A stretch of 64,000 nt of DNA from Gaiellales bacterium (GCA_035696365.1 DASRQS010000136.1:259-64258); one strand, 5' to 3'. Shown: positions 8,994 through 17,446, counted from the first letter of the stretch. Numbers and translations are program-made. Notes: a model not told the origin generated them from the letters alone.

Positions 8994-9809
8994 CTAGCCG
9001 AGCAGCTTCAGCACCGACTGCGGCGAGGAGTTCGCCTGCGCCAGCATCGAGGTGCCGGCCGACTGCAGGATCTGCAGCTTCGTGAAGGTGACCATCTCGG
9101 CCGCCATGTCGACGTCCCTGATCTGGCTCACCGAGGCGCTCAGGTTCTCCTGGTAGGTCGCCAGGTTCGCGAGCGTGTGCTCGAGGCGATTCTGGATCGC
9201 GCCGAAGGTCGAGCGGGCGGTCGAGATGTTGCTGATTGCCGTGTCGATGGATGCCAGCGTGACCGTGGCGCCGAACGTGAACAGCGCGGAGTTGACGTCG
9301 AACGTCGCGTTGGCGCCGAACAGGTCGCGGGCCGAGACGCTGATCGTCTCGCCGTCGTCGGCGCCGATCTGGAAGCTGATCGCGCCCGCGCCGGTCAGCA
9401 GCGAGATGCCGTTGAACTTCGTCTGGGCCGAGATCCGGGCGATCTCGTCGCAGAGCTGGGCGACCTCGTTCGTGATCGAGGCCTTGTCCGAGGTGGACAG
9501 CGTGCCGTTGTTGTACTGCACGGCGAGGTCGCGAACGCGCTGCAGCATCGACTGCACCTCGCTCATCGAGCCCTCGGCGGTCTGCACCAGGGAGACTGCG
9601 TCCTGGGCGTTGCGTTGCGCCTGGCCGAGCCCGCCGACCTGCGTCTGCAGCTTCTCGCTGATGGCGAGGCCGGCCGCATCGTCGGCTGCCTTGTTGATGC
9701 GGAAGCCCGAGCTGAGCCTCGACATCGACTGCGAGATCTTGGTCGACGTGGCGAGCAGATTGCGATGGGCGTCCATCGCTTCGATATTCGTCTGGATGCG
9801 AAGTCCCAT
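8994..9809 (-). CDS. fliC: Flagellin (compact, 271 aa)
   Basis: Canonical N-terminus (MGLRIQTNIEAMDAHRNL...LSSGFRINKAADDAAGLAISEKL) and C-terminus (LQILQSAGTSMLAQANSSPQSVLKLL). Confidence 0.96.
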   Translation of the reverse strand: MGLRIQTNIEAMDAHRNLLATSTKISQSMSRLSSGFRINKAADDAAGLAISEKLQTQVGGLGQAQRNAQDAVSLVQTAEGSMSEVQSMLQRVRDLAVQYNNGTLSTSDKASITNEVAQLCDEIARISAQTKFNGISLLTGAGAISFQIGADDGETISVSARDLFGANATFDVNSALFTFGATVTLASIDTAISNISTARSTFGAIQNRLEHTLANLATYQENLSASVSQIRDVDMAAEMVTFTKLQILQSAGTSMLAQANSSPQSVLKLLG

Positions 9810-9814
9810 ATGAC

Positions 9815-9835
9815 CGTCAGGTCCTTTCCGAAGTG
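9815..9835 (-). promoter_or_regulatory. Candidate CsrA-binding GGA motifs overlapping the flagellin Shine-Dalgarno
   Basis: The 45-nt csrA-fliC spacer reads on the coding strand CACUUCGGAAAGGACCUGACGGUCAUAUG, with two GGA motifs. One lies in the AAGGA ribosome-binding site. Confidence 0.35.
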
Positions 9836-9854
9836 AGCTGTGACGAAGACGAGC

Positions 9855-10088
9855 TCAGGAGCTCGGGTTCGCGCGGTTCTCGGAGGAGGGAAGGTCCTTG
9901 ATGCTTGCGTCCGCTGCCGCCCGGTTCTCGGCCTTGACGTCCGCCCAGATCTCACCCCGGAAGATGGGGATCTCGGAGGGCGCTTCGATGCCGAGCCTGA
10001 CCGTCGAACCAGTGACGTCGAGCACCGTGATGGTGACGTCGTCGCCGAGACAGATCTGCTCACCGGTCTTGCGCGTGATCACGAGCAT
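9855..10088 (-). CDS. csrA: Carbon storage regulator CsrA (flagellar type)
   Basis: MLVITRKTGEQICLGDDVTITVLDVTGSTVRLGIEAPSEIPIFRGEIW matches the CsrA fold consensus. It lies next to fliW. Confidence 0.95.
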   Translation of the reverse strand: MLVITRKTGEQICLGDDVTITVLDVTGSTVRLGIEAPSEIPIFRGEIWADVKAENRAAADASIKDLPSSENRANPSS

Positions 10089-10110
10089 CAGAGACTGATT
10101 CCCTCGCCTT

Positions 10111-10593
10111 TCAACCGTTTGCCGCGGCTACCGGCACGGCCGAGTGGCTCGGCCGCACCTCGTCCAGCTCCACCTCGGAGAAGAGGGGATGACGGACAGA
10201 GTAGCCACCAGCGTCGTTGATCACCTGCCGGCCCTGGCGCGAGCCGGCGTTGATGACGAGCGGGCTGACGAGATTGATGGTGAAATCGTCGAGCTGCTCG
10301 GCTGCCCGCACGACGCAGACGATGTAGGCATCGCCGGCGTCGCTGAGCCCGAGCCGCGCGGCCTCGTCGTCGGAGACGCGCACCTCGTAGTCGCCGAAGA
10401 ACAGCCACGGCGACGTGACGGGGAGTGCGACGTCCCCGTGGTCGATCGACTGGAGCCAGAAGAACGGGGAGTTCTCGTCGGTCGCGACGAGGCCCCACTG
10501 CTGCCCCGGCAATCCGGGAAGTCCGTCGGCGAACGTGATCACCGCGTCGTCGCGGATCTCGATCGTGCCGAAGCGGGAACTTTCGATGTGCAT
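10111..10593 (-). CDS. fliW: Flagellar assembly factor FliW
   Basis: FGTIEIRDDAVITFADGLPGLPG...FFWLQS...NLVSPLVIN pattern, with the fliW-csrA-flagellin synteny seen in Bacillus. Confidence 0.92.
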   Translation of the reverse strand: MHIESSRFGTIEIRDDAVITFADGLPGLPGQQWGLVATDENSPFFWLQSIDHGDVALPVTSPWLFFGDYEVRVSDDEAARLGLSDAGDAYIVCVVRAAEQLDDFTINLVSPLVINAGSRQGRQVINDAGGYSVRHPLFSEVELDEVRPSHSAVPVAAANG

Positions 10594-10613
10594 CTTGTCG
10601 GCCTCCTTTCGGC

Positions 10614-11498
10614 CTATTTGAGGAAGTTCAGGAGAGACGGCTGGATCAGGTTCGCGCCTGCCTTGAGCGCCGCCTGATAGACCGCCGACTGGGTCGAGAA
10701 GTCGATCATCGTCTGGGCGACGTCGGCGTCCTCGGTGTCGGACAGCTGCTTGCTCTGCGCCTGCTCGAGCTGCTGCAGGCGATCGGTTGCGGCGGTCAGG
10801 CGGTTCGTGCGCGCGCCGACACTCGCCCGGGTGGTCAGGATCCCGTCGGAGGCGGCGTCGAGCGCCGTGAGGTCGGTGGTGCTGAGGTTGGCCGGGGTGC
10901 CGCCGGCGCGCAGGTCGACGGCGGCCTGCCGGAGCGCCGCGAGCAGCGGCGTCGCGACGGTGTCGCCCGTGACGTTGATCGGCACCTGGATGTTCTGGCC
11001 GATCTCGCGGTTGATCACGTTGGAGTTGCCGAGGTAGGTGTCTGCTCCTCCCGTCGAGAACGGGGCCGTGGTCGTGGCGGTGCCGGAGAAGATGTAGCGC
11101 CCGGCGTACTGGGTGTTCGCCGCGGTCTTGATGGACTCGGCGATCTGGTCGAGCTCGGAGGCGATGGCGCCACGCTGGTTGAGCGAGAGCGTGCCGTTTG
11201 CGCCCTGCAGGATCAGATCGCGCGCGCGGCCCGCGTCGCTGCCCATCTGGCCCAGCGCGGTGTCGGTCGCATCGAGCCAGGCGCTGGCATCGGACGTGTT
11301 CGCCTGGTACTGGGCGTTCGCCTCGAGGCCGGCGCGGTAGAGCAGCGCGCGACTCGTCCCGAACGGATCGTCCGAGGGCTTCGTCAGCTGCTTGCCCGAG
11401 GACAGCCGCTCCTGTGTCTTGGACAGCTCGGAGAAGACGTTCTGGATGTCGGACATCACGGTCCGCGCGGTCATGGCGTTCGTGATGCGATCGCTCAT
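10614..11498 (-). CDS. flgL: Hook-associated protein 3 FlgL
   Basis: Flagellin-like N-terminus (MSDRITNAMT...ERLSSGKQLTKPSDDP) and C-terminus. The ATG at 11498 overlaps the flgK stop (ATGA). The upstream 540 codons of track ORF 10614..13121 were rejected. Confidence 0.9.
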   Translation of the reverse strand: MSDRITNAMTARTVMSDIQNVFSELSKTQERLSSGKQLTKPSDDPFGTSRALLYRAGLEANAQYQANTSDASAWLDATDTALGQMGSDAGRARDLILQGANGTLSLNQRGAIASELDQIAESIKTAANTQYAGRYIFSGTATTTAPFSTGGADTYLGNSNVINREIGQNIQVPINVTGDTVATPLLAALRQAAVDLRAGGTPANLSTTDLTALDAASDGILTTRASVGARTNRLTAATDRLQQLEQAQSKQLSDTEDADVAQTMIDFSTQSAVYQAALKAGANLIQPSLLNFLK

Positions 11499-12901
11499 AG
11501 CCCGGCCCTTCCGGTGCGGGTGACGAGGAGCTCGAGCACGTCGTCGAGCGTCGTCAGCGCTCGCGCGGCGGCCTGGTAGCCCTGCTGGAACTTGATGAGG
11601 TTCGTCATCTCCTCGTCGAGCGAGACGCCGGAGATGGAGTCGCGCCGGTTCGTCAGCGAGGCGACGAGCGCATTGGCGTTGTCGACTCCCCGTGTGGCGT
11701 TCGCCGAGTCGGAGCCGATGGTCGTGACGAGGCTCGAATAGGAGCTGTCGATCGACGCGCCGCCGAGCGGTGCGAGCGTCCTGTCGCCGGCGAGGTTCGC
11801 GATCCGCAGTGCGTTCGTGTTGTCGCCGGGCACGCCGGCCGCCGCCGCCGCGGCGACCTTGGCGGCGGTGACGCCGACGGCGATCGTCGCCGCATTCGCA
11901 CCGGAGAAGAACGCCACACCTGTGGAGCCGTCGAGACCGGCACCGCCGGGCTGGGTGACGCCGTTGACGTCGACGCCGCCGGCCTGCAGGGCATTGGTCT
12001 GCGTGATCAGCGTCGAGGCGATCGTGTCGAGCCGCGACTCGTAGCCCGGCAGCGTCACGTCGCGCAGTGCGACCAGGGCGCCGAGCTTGCCGCTCGTGGC
12101 GCCGACGGTGGCGGTCTCGGGCGTGGCCATGTCGTTGGACAGCGTCCCGGCGCTCTCGCTCAGCGTCTGCACCGTCGTCCCGTTCACGAGCGTGACGCCG
12201 GAGAAGGTGACCTTGATCGTCCCGTCGCCGTTGTCGGTCGTGCTGACGGAGCCGAGCTTGCCCAGCCGGTCGAGCACGAGGTCGCGCTGGTCGAGCAGGT
12301 CGTCGGGCGTGTTCCCCGCCGCCTTGGCGTCGAAGATCGCCTTGTTGAGGCTGCCGAGGTCCTGGCCGTCCGCATTGATCTCGTCGAGCGTCAGCTGCGC
12401 CTGCTGCCCCGTCTGGGAGCCGATCGTCGCGAGCTGGCCGGAGAGCGTGTTGAAGCCGTAGGCGAGACTCGAGGCGGCCTCGACGAGCGCCTGGCGCGTG
12501 GCCACGTCCTCCGGCGCGTTGGCGACGTTCTGCCAGGCCGACCAGTACTTGCCGAGCAGGTTGCTGAGGCCGTTGTCCGACGGCTCGTTGAGCACGGACT
12601 CGACCTGGCTGAGCCCGTCCTGCTTGGTCTCGGCGGCGCCCTGGAGCATCGTCTGGCCGCGCAGCTGCACGTCGAGGAAGTCGTCGCGGATGCGCTGATA
12701 GGACGCGACGTCGACGCCCGTGCCGAGCAGCATCCCCGGCGCGACCTGCAGCGGGCTCGTGCTCTTGAGGTTCGCGACCTGGCGGGTGTAGCCGGCCGTG
12801 TTCGCATTGGCGATGTTGTGGCCGGCGAGATCGAGGGCTTGCTGCTGGGCGAGCAGCCCGCGCAGCGCGGTCTCGATGCCGGTGAAGGTGGAGACGGACA
12901 C
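11495..12901 (-). CDS. flgK: Hook-associated protein 1 FlgK
   Basis: N-terminus MSVSTFTGIETALRGLLAQQQALDLAGHNIANANTAGYTRQ and C-terminus SLDEEMTNLIKFQQGYQAAARAL. Confidence 0.93.
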   Translation of the reverse strand: MSVSTFTGIETALRGLLAQQQALDLAGHNIANANTAGYTRQVANLKSTSPLQVAPGMLLGTGVDVASYQRIRDDFLDVQLRGQTMLQGAAETKQDGLSQVESVLNEPSDNGLSNLLGKYWSAWQNVANAPEDVATRQALVEAASSLAYGFNTLSGQLATIGSQTGQQAQLTLDEINADGQDLGSLNKAIFDAKAAGNTPDDLLDQRDLVLDRLGKLGSVSTTDNGDGTIKVTFSGVTLVNGTTVQTLSESAGTLSNDMATPETATVGATSGKLGALVALRDVTLPGYESRLDTIASTLITQTNALQAGGVDVNGVTQPGGAGLDGSTGVAFFSGANAATIAVGVTAAKVAAAAAAGVPGDNTNALRIANLAGDRTLAPLGGASIDSSYSSLVTTIGSDSANATRGVDNANALVASLTNRRDSISGVSLDEEMTNLIKFQQGYQAAARALTTLDDVLELLVTRTGRAGL

Positions 12902-12904
12902 GGC

Positions 12905-13387
12905 TCAGGCCCTCGCGTCGACGACGGTGGGCGCCTGGTGGGTGGTGCTCAGCCAGCCGTTGGCCGAGTAGCCGGCCTGCGGCGCGCCCGAGAGGACGCG
13001 CATGAGATGGTCGAGGAACGTCAGCTCCTGGCGGATCAGGACGCGGTTCTGCTCGTGGATGCGGCCGACCTCGACGATCAGGCCGCGCAGCTCCGCCGAC
13101 ATCGTGCGGGCCTGGAGGCACTCTCCCGCCGGGCAGCCGGCGAGCAGATCCTCGAGATCGAGCGTCTCGGGCGCAGCGCCTCGCCGCACGGCGGCCTCGG
13201 CCAGGAGGCTGTCGCGTTCCTGCTCGAGACGCGCGCGGAAGCCCATCTCCGCGTGCACGTCGGCGAGGCTCGCGAGCACCGTCTCGACGTCCTGGCGGCG
13301 GATCGCGTCGCGCTGCACGATGACGATCTCGAGCAGGCGCCGCGAGGATGCGACCTGCCTGCCGAGATGCTCGAGCAGGCGGCTCAT
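12905..13387 (-). CDS. flgN: FlgN-like flagellar export chaperone (tentative)
   Basis: 160-aa helical protein immediately upstream of flgK, as in Bacillus and enteric bacteria. Sequence similarity is weak, so the call rests mainly on position. Confidence 0.5.
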   Translation of the reverse strand: MSRLLEHLGRQVASSRRLLEIVIVQRDAIRRQDVETVLASLADVHAEMGFRARLEQERDSLLAEAAVRRGAAPETLDLEDLLAGCPAGECLQARTMSAELRGLIVEVGRIHEQNRVLIRQELTFLDHLMRVLSGAPQAGYSANGWLSTTHQAPTVVDARA

Positions 13388-13722
13388 CCGCCGGCCTTCG
13401 CGGCGTTCTCCGCGGCGGTGGTGCCGCCGAGCGCCTGGTAGAGCTGGTCTGCGAGGCCGAGCCCTCCGGCCTGCGTCACGCCCTGTGCGAGCGCCGTCGG
13501 CAAGAGCTGCTGCACCATGCTGGTGCTCGCATCGCCGCCCGAGCCGCCGCCCGTGTCGTCGTTCGCGTCCTGCTGCGCGGGCGTCAGGGCCTGGGCGATC
13601 TGCTGCGTGAGCATCTGCTCGAACGACAGGGCGACGCCGTAGAGCTTCTGCGCGTCCGGGCCCGCCGCGCGCACGGAGGCCGGGATCATGGCCGAATCGA
13701 TGGGTGGCAGGGAGTCGGCCAT
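13384..13722 (-). CDS. Rod-binding protein (FlgJ N-terminal domain-like)
   Basis: LSFEQMLTQQIAQAL ... GGLGLADQLYQAL resembles the Rod_binding (FlgJ N-terminal) signature. No hydrolase domain is attached. Confidence 0.6.
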   Translation of the reverse strand: MADSLPPIDSAMIPASVRAAGPDAQKLYGVALSFEQMLTQQIAQALTPAQQDANDDTGGGSGGDASTSMVQQLLPTALAQGVTQAGGLGLADQLYQALGGTTAAENAAKAGG

Positions 13723-13726
13723 CGGA

Positions 13727-14446
13727 TCAGCGCTTCAGCCCGTTGGCGATCTGGGCCAGCTGGTCCTGGGTCTGGAGCGCGCGGCTCACCAGCGAGTAGG
13801 TCTGCTGTGCGTCGAGCATGTCGGTCATCGCCGTCGCGACGTCGACGTTCGACTCCTCCTCCTGGGCCTGGAGGATCTTCGCGCCCCGGGCGGCAGTCGG
13901 CGCGCCGCTTGCCCGCGTGGGCGCGAAGTCGCTGTCCCCGACCGCCCGCAGCTGGGAGGGAGCCGTCACGGTGACGAGCCGGATCCGGCCGATGGTCCTG
14001 CCGGCGAGCTGTACCGTCCCGTCGGTCGCGATGGTCACGTCGCTCGGCTGCGTGCCGCGCGGCACGCGGATCGGCGGTACGAGGTGCTCGCCGCTGGTGG
14101 TGACGAGCGCACCCGTCGCGTCGAGCTGGAAGCTGCCGTTGCGCGTCAGCGCCGTCGTGCCGTCGGCGCGCCTGACGGAGAAGTAGCCGGGGCCGGAGAT
14201 CGCAAGCGAGAGCGGATTGCCCGAGGAGCCGAGCGCACCCTGCGCGTCCGAGCGCCCGGCATCGACGGCGGCCGTGCCGGAGCCGACCGGGACGCCCTGC
14301 TCCGCGCCGTAGAGCAGATCCTTGAACCCGACCCGCTCGCTCTTGTACCCGAAGGTATTGGCGTTGGCCAGGTCGTTCGCGATCGCGTCGAGCCGTACCT
14401 GCTGCGCCGCCATGCCGGCGGCGGCAGAGTAGATCCCGTTCGCCAT
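13727..14446 (-). CDS. flgG: Flagellar distal rod protein FlgG
   Basis: MANGIYSAAAGMAAQQVRLDAIANDLANANTFGYK at the N-terminus and SNVDVATAMTDMLDAQQTYSLVSRALQTQDQL at the C-terminus. Start set at the internal ATG, codon 41 of the track ORF. Confidence 0.85.
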   Translation of the reverse strand: MANGIYSAAAGMAAQQVRLDAIANDLANANTFGYKSERVGFKDLLYGAEQGVPVGSGTAAVDAGRSDAQGALGSSGNPLSLAISGPGYFSVRRADGTTALTRNGSFQLDATGALVTTSGEHLVPPIRVPRGTQPSDVTIATDGTVQLAGRTIGRIRLVTVTAPSQLRAVGDSDFAPTRASGAPTAARGAKILQAQEEESNVDVATAMTDMLDAQQTYSLVSRALQTQDQLAQIANGLKR

Positions 14447-14586
14447 GAAGCCCTCAGCCTTTCGGAGTACCTGGAAGAGAGGTGGGGAGACCGACGTCTG
14501 CGAACTCCCGAGGCTTCTGCGCGATGCAGTCCGGCCTGTGATGTCCCTCTCTGACTGCACGGTCATCGGCCAGCGCGTCCACGTTT

Positions 14587-15309
14587 TTAGGCGCCGCCTA
14601 CCGAGATGCCCTTTTGCAGGGTCTCGTCGATCGTCTGGATGGCCTTCTGGCCGGCCTCGAAGGTGCGCAGCGAGGTCAGCATGTCGACCATCGCCGTGAT
14701 CGGGTTGATGCCCGACCCCTCGAGCGATCCCTGCACGACCTGCGTGCCGCCAGGTCGACGGCCGGCGGTGCCCGCGAAGAGCGTGTCGCCCTGCTTGACC
14801 GGGTTCGTCAGCGAGACGACGCCGAGTCGCCCGACAGTCTTGCCTGAGCTCGTGACGGTCCCGTCGGGAGCAATCACGAGCCCGGTCGGGCTCCCGGCCT
14901 TGAGCGGTCGCCCTCTGTCGTCCAGCACGAGCAGGCCGGTGGCAGTCGCAAGCCGTCCCTGCGAGTCGAGCACGAGCTGGCCGTCGCGCGTGTAGCGCTT
15001 CCCGGTCGGGGTCTGGACGGTCAGGAACCCCTCGCCGTCCAGTGCGATGTCCAGCGGCTCGCCGGTCTTCTTGAGCGCGGCCGGCGTCATGTCGGTCGTG
15101 TGGCCGACGATCTGGACGCCCTCCGCGAGCGGACCGACGACCTGACCGGTCGCGCGGTTGGAGAGCATCAGCTCGCCGAAGCTCTGCTGTGCCGACCGGT
15201 CGCCGCGATAGCCGGGCGTGGACGCGTTGGCCAGATCGTTGGCGATCTGGTCCTGACGCGTCAGCTCGGCCAGCATTCCGGCAGCTGCGATGTAGAGGCC
15301 GCGATCCAT
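14587..15309 (-). CDS. flgF: Flagellar rod protein, FlgF/FlgG family
   Basis: MDRGLYIAAAGMLAELTRQDQIANDLANASTPGYRGDR at the N-terminus and INPITAMVDMLTSLRTFEAGQKAIQT at the C-terminus. Only the last 240 codons of track ORF 14587..16119 were accepted. Confidence 0.8.
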   Translation of the reverse strand: MDRGLYIAAAGMLAELTRQDQIANDLANASTPGYRGDRSAQQSFGELMLSNRATGQVVGPLAEGVQIVGHTTDMTPAALKKTGEPLDIALDGEGFLTVQTPTGKRYTRDGQLVLDSQGRLATATGLLVLDDRGRPLKAGSPTGLVIAPDGTVTSSGKTVGRLGVVSLTNPVKQGDTLFAGTAGRRPGGTQVVQGSLEGSGINPITAMVDMLTSLRTFEAGQKAIQTIDETLQKGISVGGA

Positions 15310-15319
15310 TGGTCGATAA
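15293..15319 (+). promoter_or_regulatory. Candidate sigma-28-type promoter (TAGA-N15-GTCGATAA) upstream of the FliK-like gene
   Basis: Read directly from the DNA: taga (15293-15296), a 15-nt spacer, then gtcgataa (15312-15319). The consensus recalled from memory is TAAA-N15-GCCGATAA. Confidence 0.25.
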
Positions 15320-15381
15320 CGAAGGGAGCGGGAGCGCCCGTTCGGCAGCCGAGTCGTCGGCAGGAACCCCGCGAACTTGAG

Positions 15382-16113
15382 ATGGATGTCACAACCCTCG
15401 CCCGCCAGGTCGCCGCCGGAGTGCTGCTCGAGGAGCTCGCGCTGCGCCCCGGCACGGACCTCGTCGTCCGCGTCCAGGCCGCTCCGCCGAACGGCGGCCG
15501 CGGCATGATCTCGCTCGCCGGCGTCCTGCTCTCGGCACAGCTGCCCGCCGGCCTCGCTCCCGGGCAGCGGCTGCCCGTGCGGGTCGTGCGCTCCGGCGGC
15601 GACGAGGTGCTGTTGCGGCTCAAGACGGAGGCCGACGCGGCTCCCCTTGTGGCTCCCCTTGCGGCTCCCGCTGCGCGCGTCGCCCAGGTCGCCGGGACGC
15701 TCGCGCTGGCAGGCGACGGGCAGCTCGTCCAGGTCGCGAACGCGCTTCAGCAGCCGGGTCTCGCACTGCCGCTGCCGAACGGCGACGCGCTCACGCTGGC
15801 GGTCGCCGAGGACGAGGAAGCCGCTGCCCGGGGCGGCGCGGGGGAGGGCGGGCGCGAGGCGTCGTTCGTCCTGCATTCCGCGACGCTCGGGCCGATCGAG
15901 GCGCATCTGCGGCTCGTCGACGGCGCTCTCAGGGTCGAGGTGACGGTCGAGCCGGAGGCGCGGCGGCAGTTCGCCGAAGCAGCCCCGGCGCTGGTGAGCG
16001 CGCTCGAACGGGCCGTCTCCGGGCCCGCGCTGGTCGGCGTCGCCGCCCGCCGTCCGCAGCACGTCCGTCCCGCCCGGCCGCGCGTCGACGAGAGCTTCGA
16101 TGCCTACGCCTAG
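15382..16113 (+). CDS. FliK-like protein with C-terminal Flg_hook-type domain
   Basis: SFVLHSATLGPIEAHLRLVDGALRVEVTVEPEARRQFAEAAPALVSALE resembles the FliK C-terminal switch domain. The ATG at 15382 is codon 95 of the track ORF. Confidence 0.55.
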   Translation: MDVTTLARQVAAGVLLEELALRPGTDLVVRVQAAPPNGGRGMISLAGVLLSAQLPAGLAPGQRLPVRVVRSGGDEVLLRLKTEADAAPLVAPLAAPAARVAQVAGTLALAGDGQLVQVANALQQPGLALPLPNGDALTLAVAEDEEAAARGGAGEGGREASFVLHSATLGPIEAHLRLVDGALRVEVTVEPEARRQFAEAAPALVSALERAVSGPALVGVAARRPQHVRPARPRVDESFDAYA

Positions 16114-16378
16114 GCGCACTGCGGCGGCGCTCCGCTACGGCAAGGACGAGGGAGCGGGCGCCCCGCTGCTCGTCGCATCCGGGCGCGGCCCCGTGGCCGA
16201 CGCGATCGTGGCGGCCGCGAGGGAAGCGGGCGTCCCCATCCACGAGGACCGGCTGCTGGCCGAGGCGCTTTCGGGGCTGGAGCTGGGCGCAGAGGTGCCA
16301 CCCGCGCTCTATCAGGCCGTGGCCGAGACGCTGATCTGGGCCTACGCGCTCGCGCGCCGCGGCCCGTTCAAGAGCTGA
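16100..16378 (+). CDS. FlhB C-terminal-domain paralog (FhlB/YlqH-like), lacks TM region and NPTH
   Basis: AALRYGKDEGAGAPLLVASGRGPVADAIVAAAREAGVPIHEDRLLAEAL aligns by eye with FlhB AVALRYDGTRPAPELVAKGVDNVALAIRRTAEEAGVAIVHEAPLARAL in this same window. Confidence 0.8.
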   Translation: MPTPRRTAAALRYGKDEGAGAPLLVASGRGPVADAIVAAAREAGVPIHEDRLLAEALSGLELGAEVPPALYQAVAETLIWAYALARRGPFKS

Positions 16379-17069
16379 GACGCCGCGCGACGATCAGGTA
16401 CTGGTAGGCACCCAGGCCGAGCGCCGCCTCGTCCGGGTCGGCGCCGTAGGCAGCCGCCAGGTCGACGAACGGCCGCAGCTGTTCCGGGAGCGGCTGATGG
16501 TCGTTGACGCCCAGATGGATCGCCTCGAGCCCGAGGCCGGCGAGCAGGCTGCAGAACTCCTTGAGCGTGAAGAAGTGGACGTGCGTGCGGTCGAGCAGCC
16601 CGGCGTCGGTGTACTCCCACGAGTCGTTCACGAGGAGGGGGCACACGACCGACCAGTGCCGGACGTTCGGGACGGAGAAGACGAGCGCGCCCTCCGGCGA
16701 GAGCGACGGCAGGAGCGCGCCCAGCAGGCGCTTCGGGTCGCGCAGGTGCTCGAGGACGTCGCCGAAGACCATGGCGTCGAAGCTGCCGATCGAAGGGGGC
16801 AGCGCGGCCAGCGAATCGAGGTCGAGCTCCAGCACCTCGTCGAGGCGGGTGCGAGCACGCGCTGCGGCCTCCGGGAAGGCCTCGAGCCCGACGACCTGGC
16901 AGCCGCGCTCGCCCTTGAGCGCAGCGCCGAGAGCACCGGCGCCGCAGCCGACGTCGAGCACCCGGCGCGCGGACGCCGGCACCAGCGCCCGCAGCTCGGG
17001 CCGCGTGAACTCGAAGTAGGCGTCGTCGCCGTGATCGTCGCGGACTCCTGCTGCGGCGTGCGCGCTCAT
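16368..17069 (-). CDS. Class I SAM-dependent methyltransferase
   Basis: SAM motif RVLDVGCGAGALG and DAMVFGDVLEHL. The start overlaps the fliN stop (ATGA). Confidence 0.85.
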   Translation of the reverse strand: MSAHAAAGVRDDHGDDAYFEFTRPELRALVPASARRVLDVGCGAGALGAALKGERGCQVVGLEAFPEAAARARTRLDEVLELDLDSLAALPPSIGSFDAMVFGDVLEHLRDPKRLLGALLPSLSPEGALVFSVPNVRHWSVVCPLLVNDSWEYTDAGLLDRTHVHFFTLKEFCSLLAGLGLEAIHLGVNDHQPLPEQLRPFVDLAAAYGADPDEAALGLGAYQYLIVARRLSS

Positions 17070-17446
17070 GCCGCGAGGCTCGTGTCCACGCGGTAGGCCG
17101 GCGGCACCAGCTCGGTGATGCGCAGACCGAACTCCTCGTCGATCGTGACGACCTCGCCCCGGGCGAAGCGCTTGCCGTTGACGAGCAGCTCGACCGGCTC
17201 GCCCGCGGGCTTCTTGAGGGCGACGACGGATCCGGGCGCGAGCGCCATCGTCTCGCGGATCGTCATCGCGGTCCTGCCGATCTCGACGGCGATCTCGACG
17301 TGCACGTCGAGCACGAGCGTCAGATCGTCGCCGTCCTCGGCCGCACCGGGAGGGCCGAGCTCGTCGAGCGAGGGCGGCTCGGCGAGCGCCTCGCCCGCGT
17401 GTGTGTCGTGCGAATCGGACATCTCTCTCCTCGGTTCCATGGTCAC
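17066..17446 (-). CDS. fliN: Flagellar motor switch protein FliN
   Basis: SpoA-type C-terminal domain: LVLDVHVEIAVEIGRTAMTIRETMALAPGSVVALKKPAGEPVELLVNGKRFARGEVV. Confidence 0.9.
   Translation of the reverse strand: MTMEPRREMSDSHDTHAGEALAEPPSLDELGPPGAAEDGDDLTLVLDVHVEIAVEIGRTAMTIRETMALAPGSVVALKKPAGEPVELLVNGKRFARGEVVTIDEEFGLRITELVPPAYRVDTSLAA

Noticed and set aside
11499-13121. N-terminal 540 codons of track ORF 10614..13121 (-). The same applies to the N-terminal extensions of 14587..16119, 17443..18579, 17886..19559, 19974..21284, 21713..23842, 22960..24189 and 43412..45175.
   Set aside because: In each case only the C-terminal part matches a known family, beginning at an internal start that overlaps or abuts the stop of the true upstream gene read in another frame. 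The extensions are low-complexity and collide with flgK, flgN, motA, motB, flgD, fliJ and others.
13384-13722. Possible anti-sigma-28 factor FlgM. The gene occupies the flgM position relative to flgN-flgK-flgL in Bacillus.
   Set aside because: The sequence carries FlgJ-type Rod_binding-like blocks (LSFEQMLTQQIAQAL, GGLGLADQLYQAL) and lacks the C-terminal FlgM helix pattern I recall. It is kept as a rod-binding protein, but a profile search should decide.
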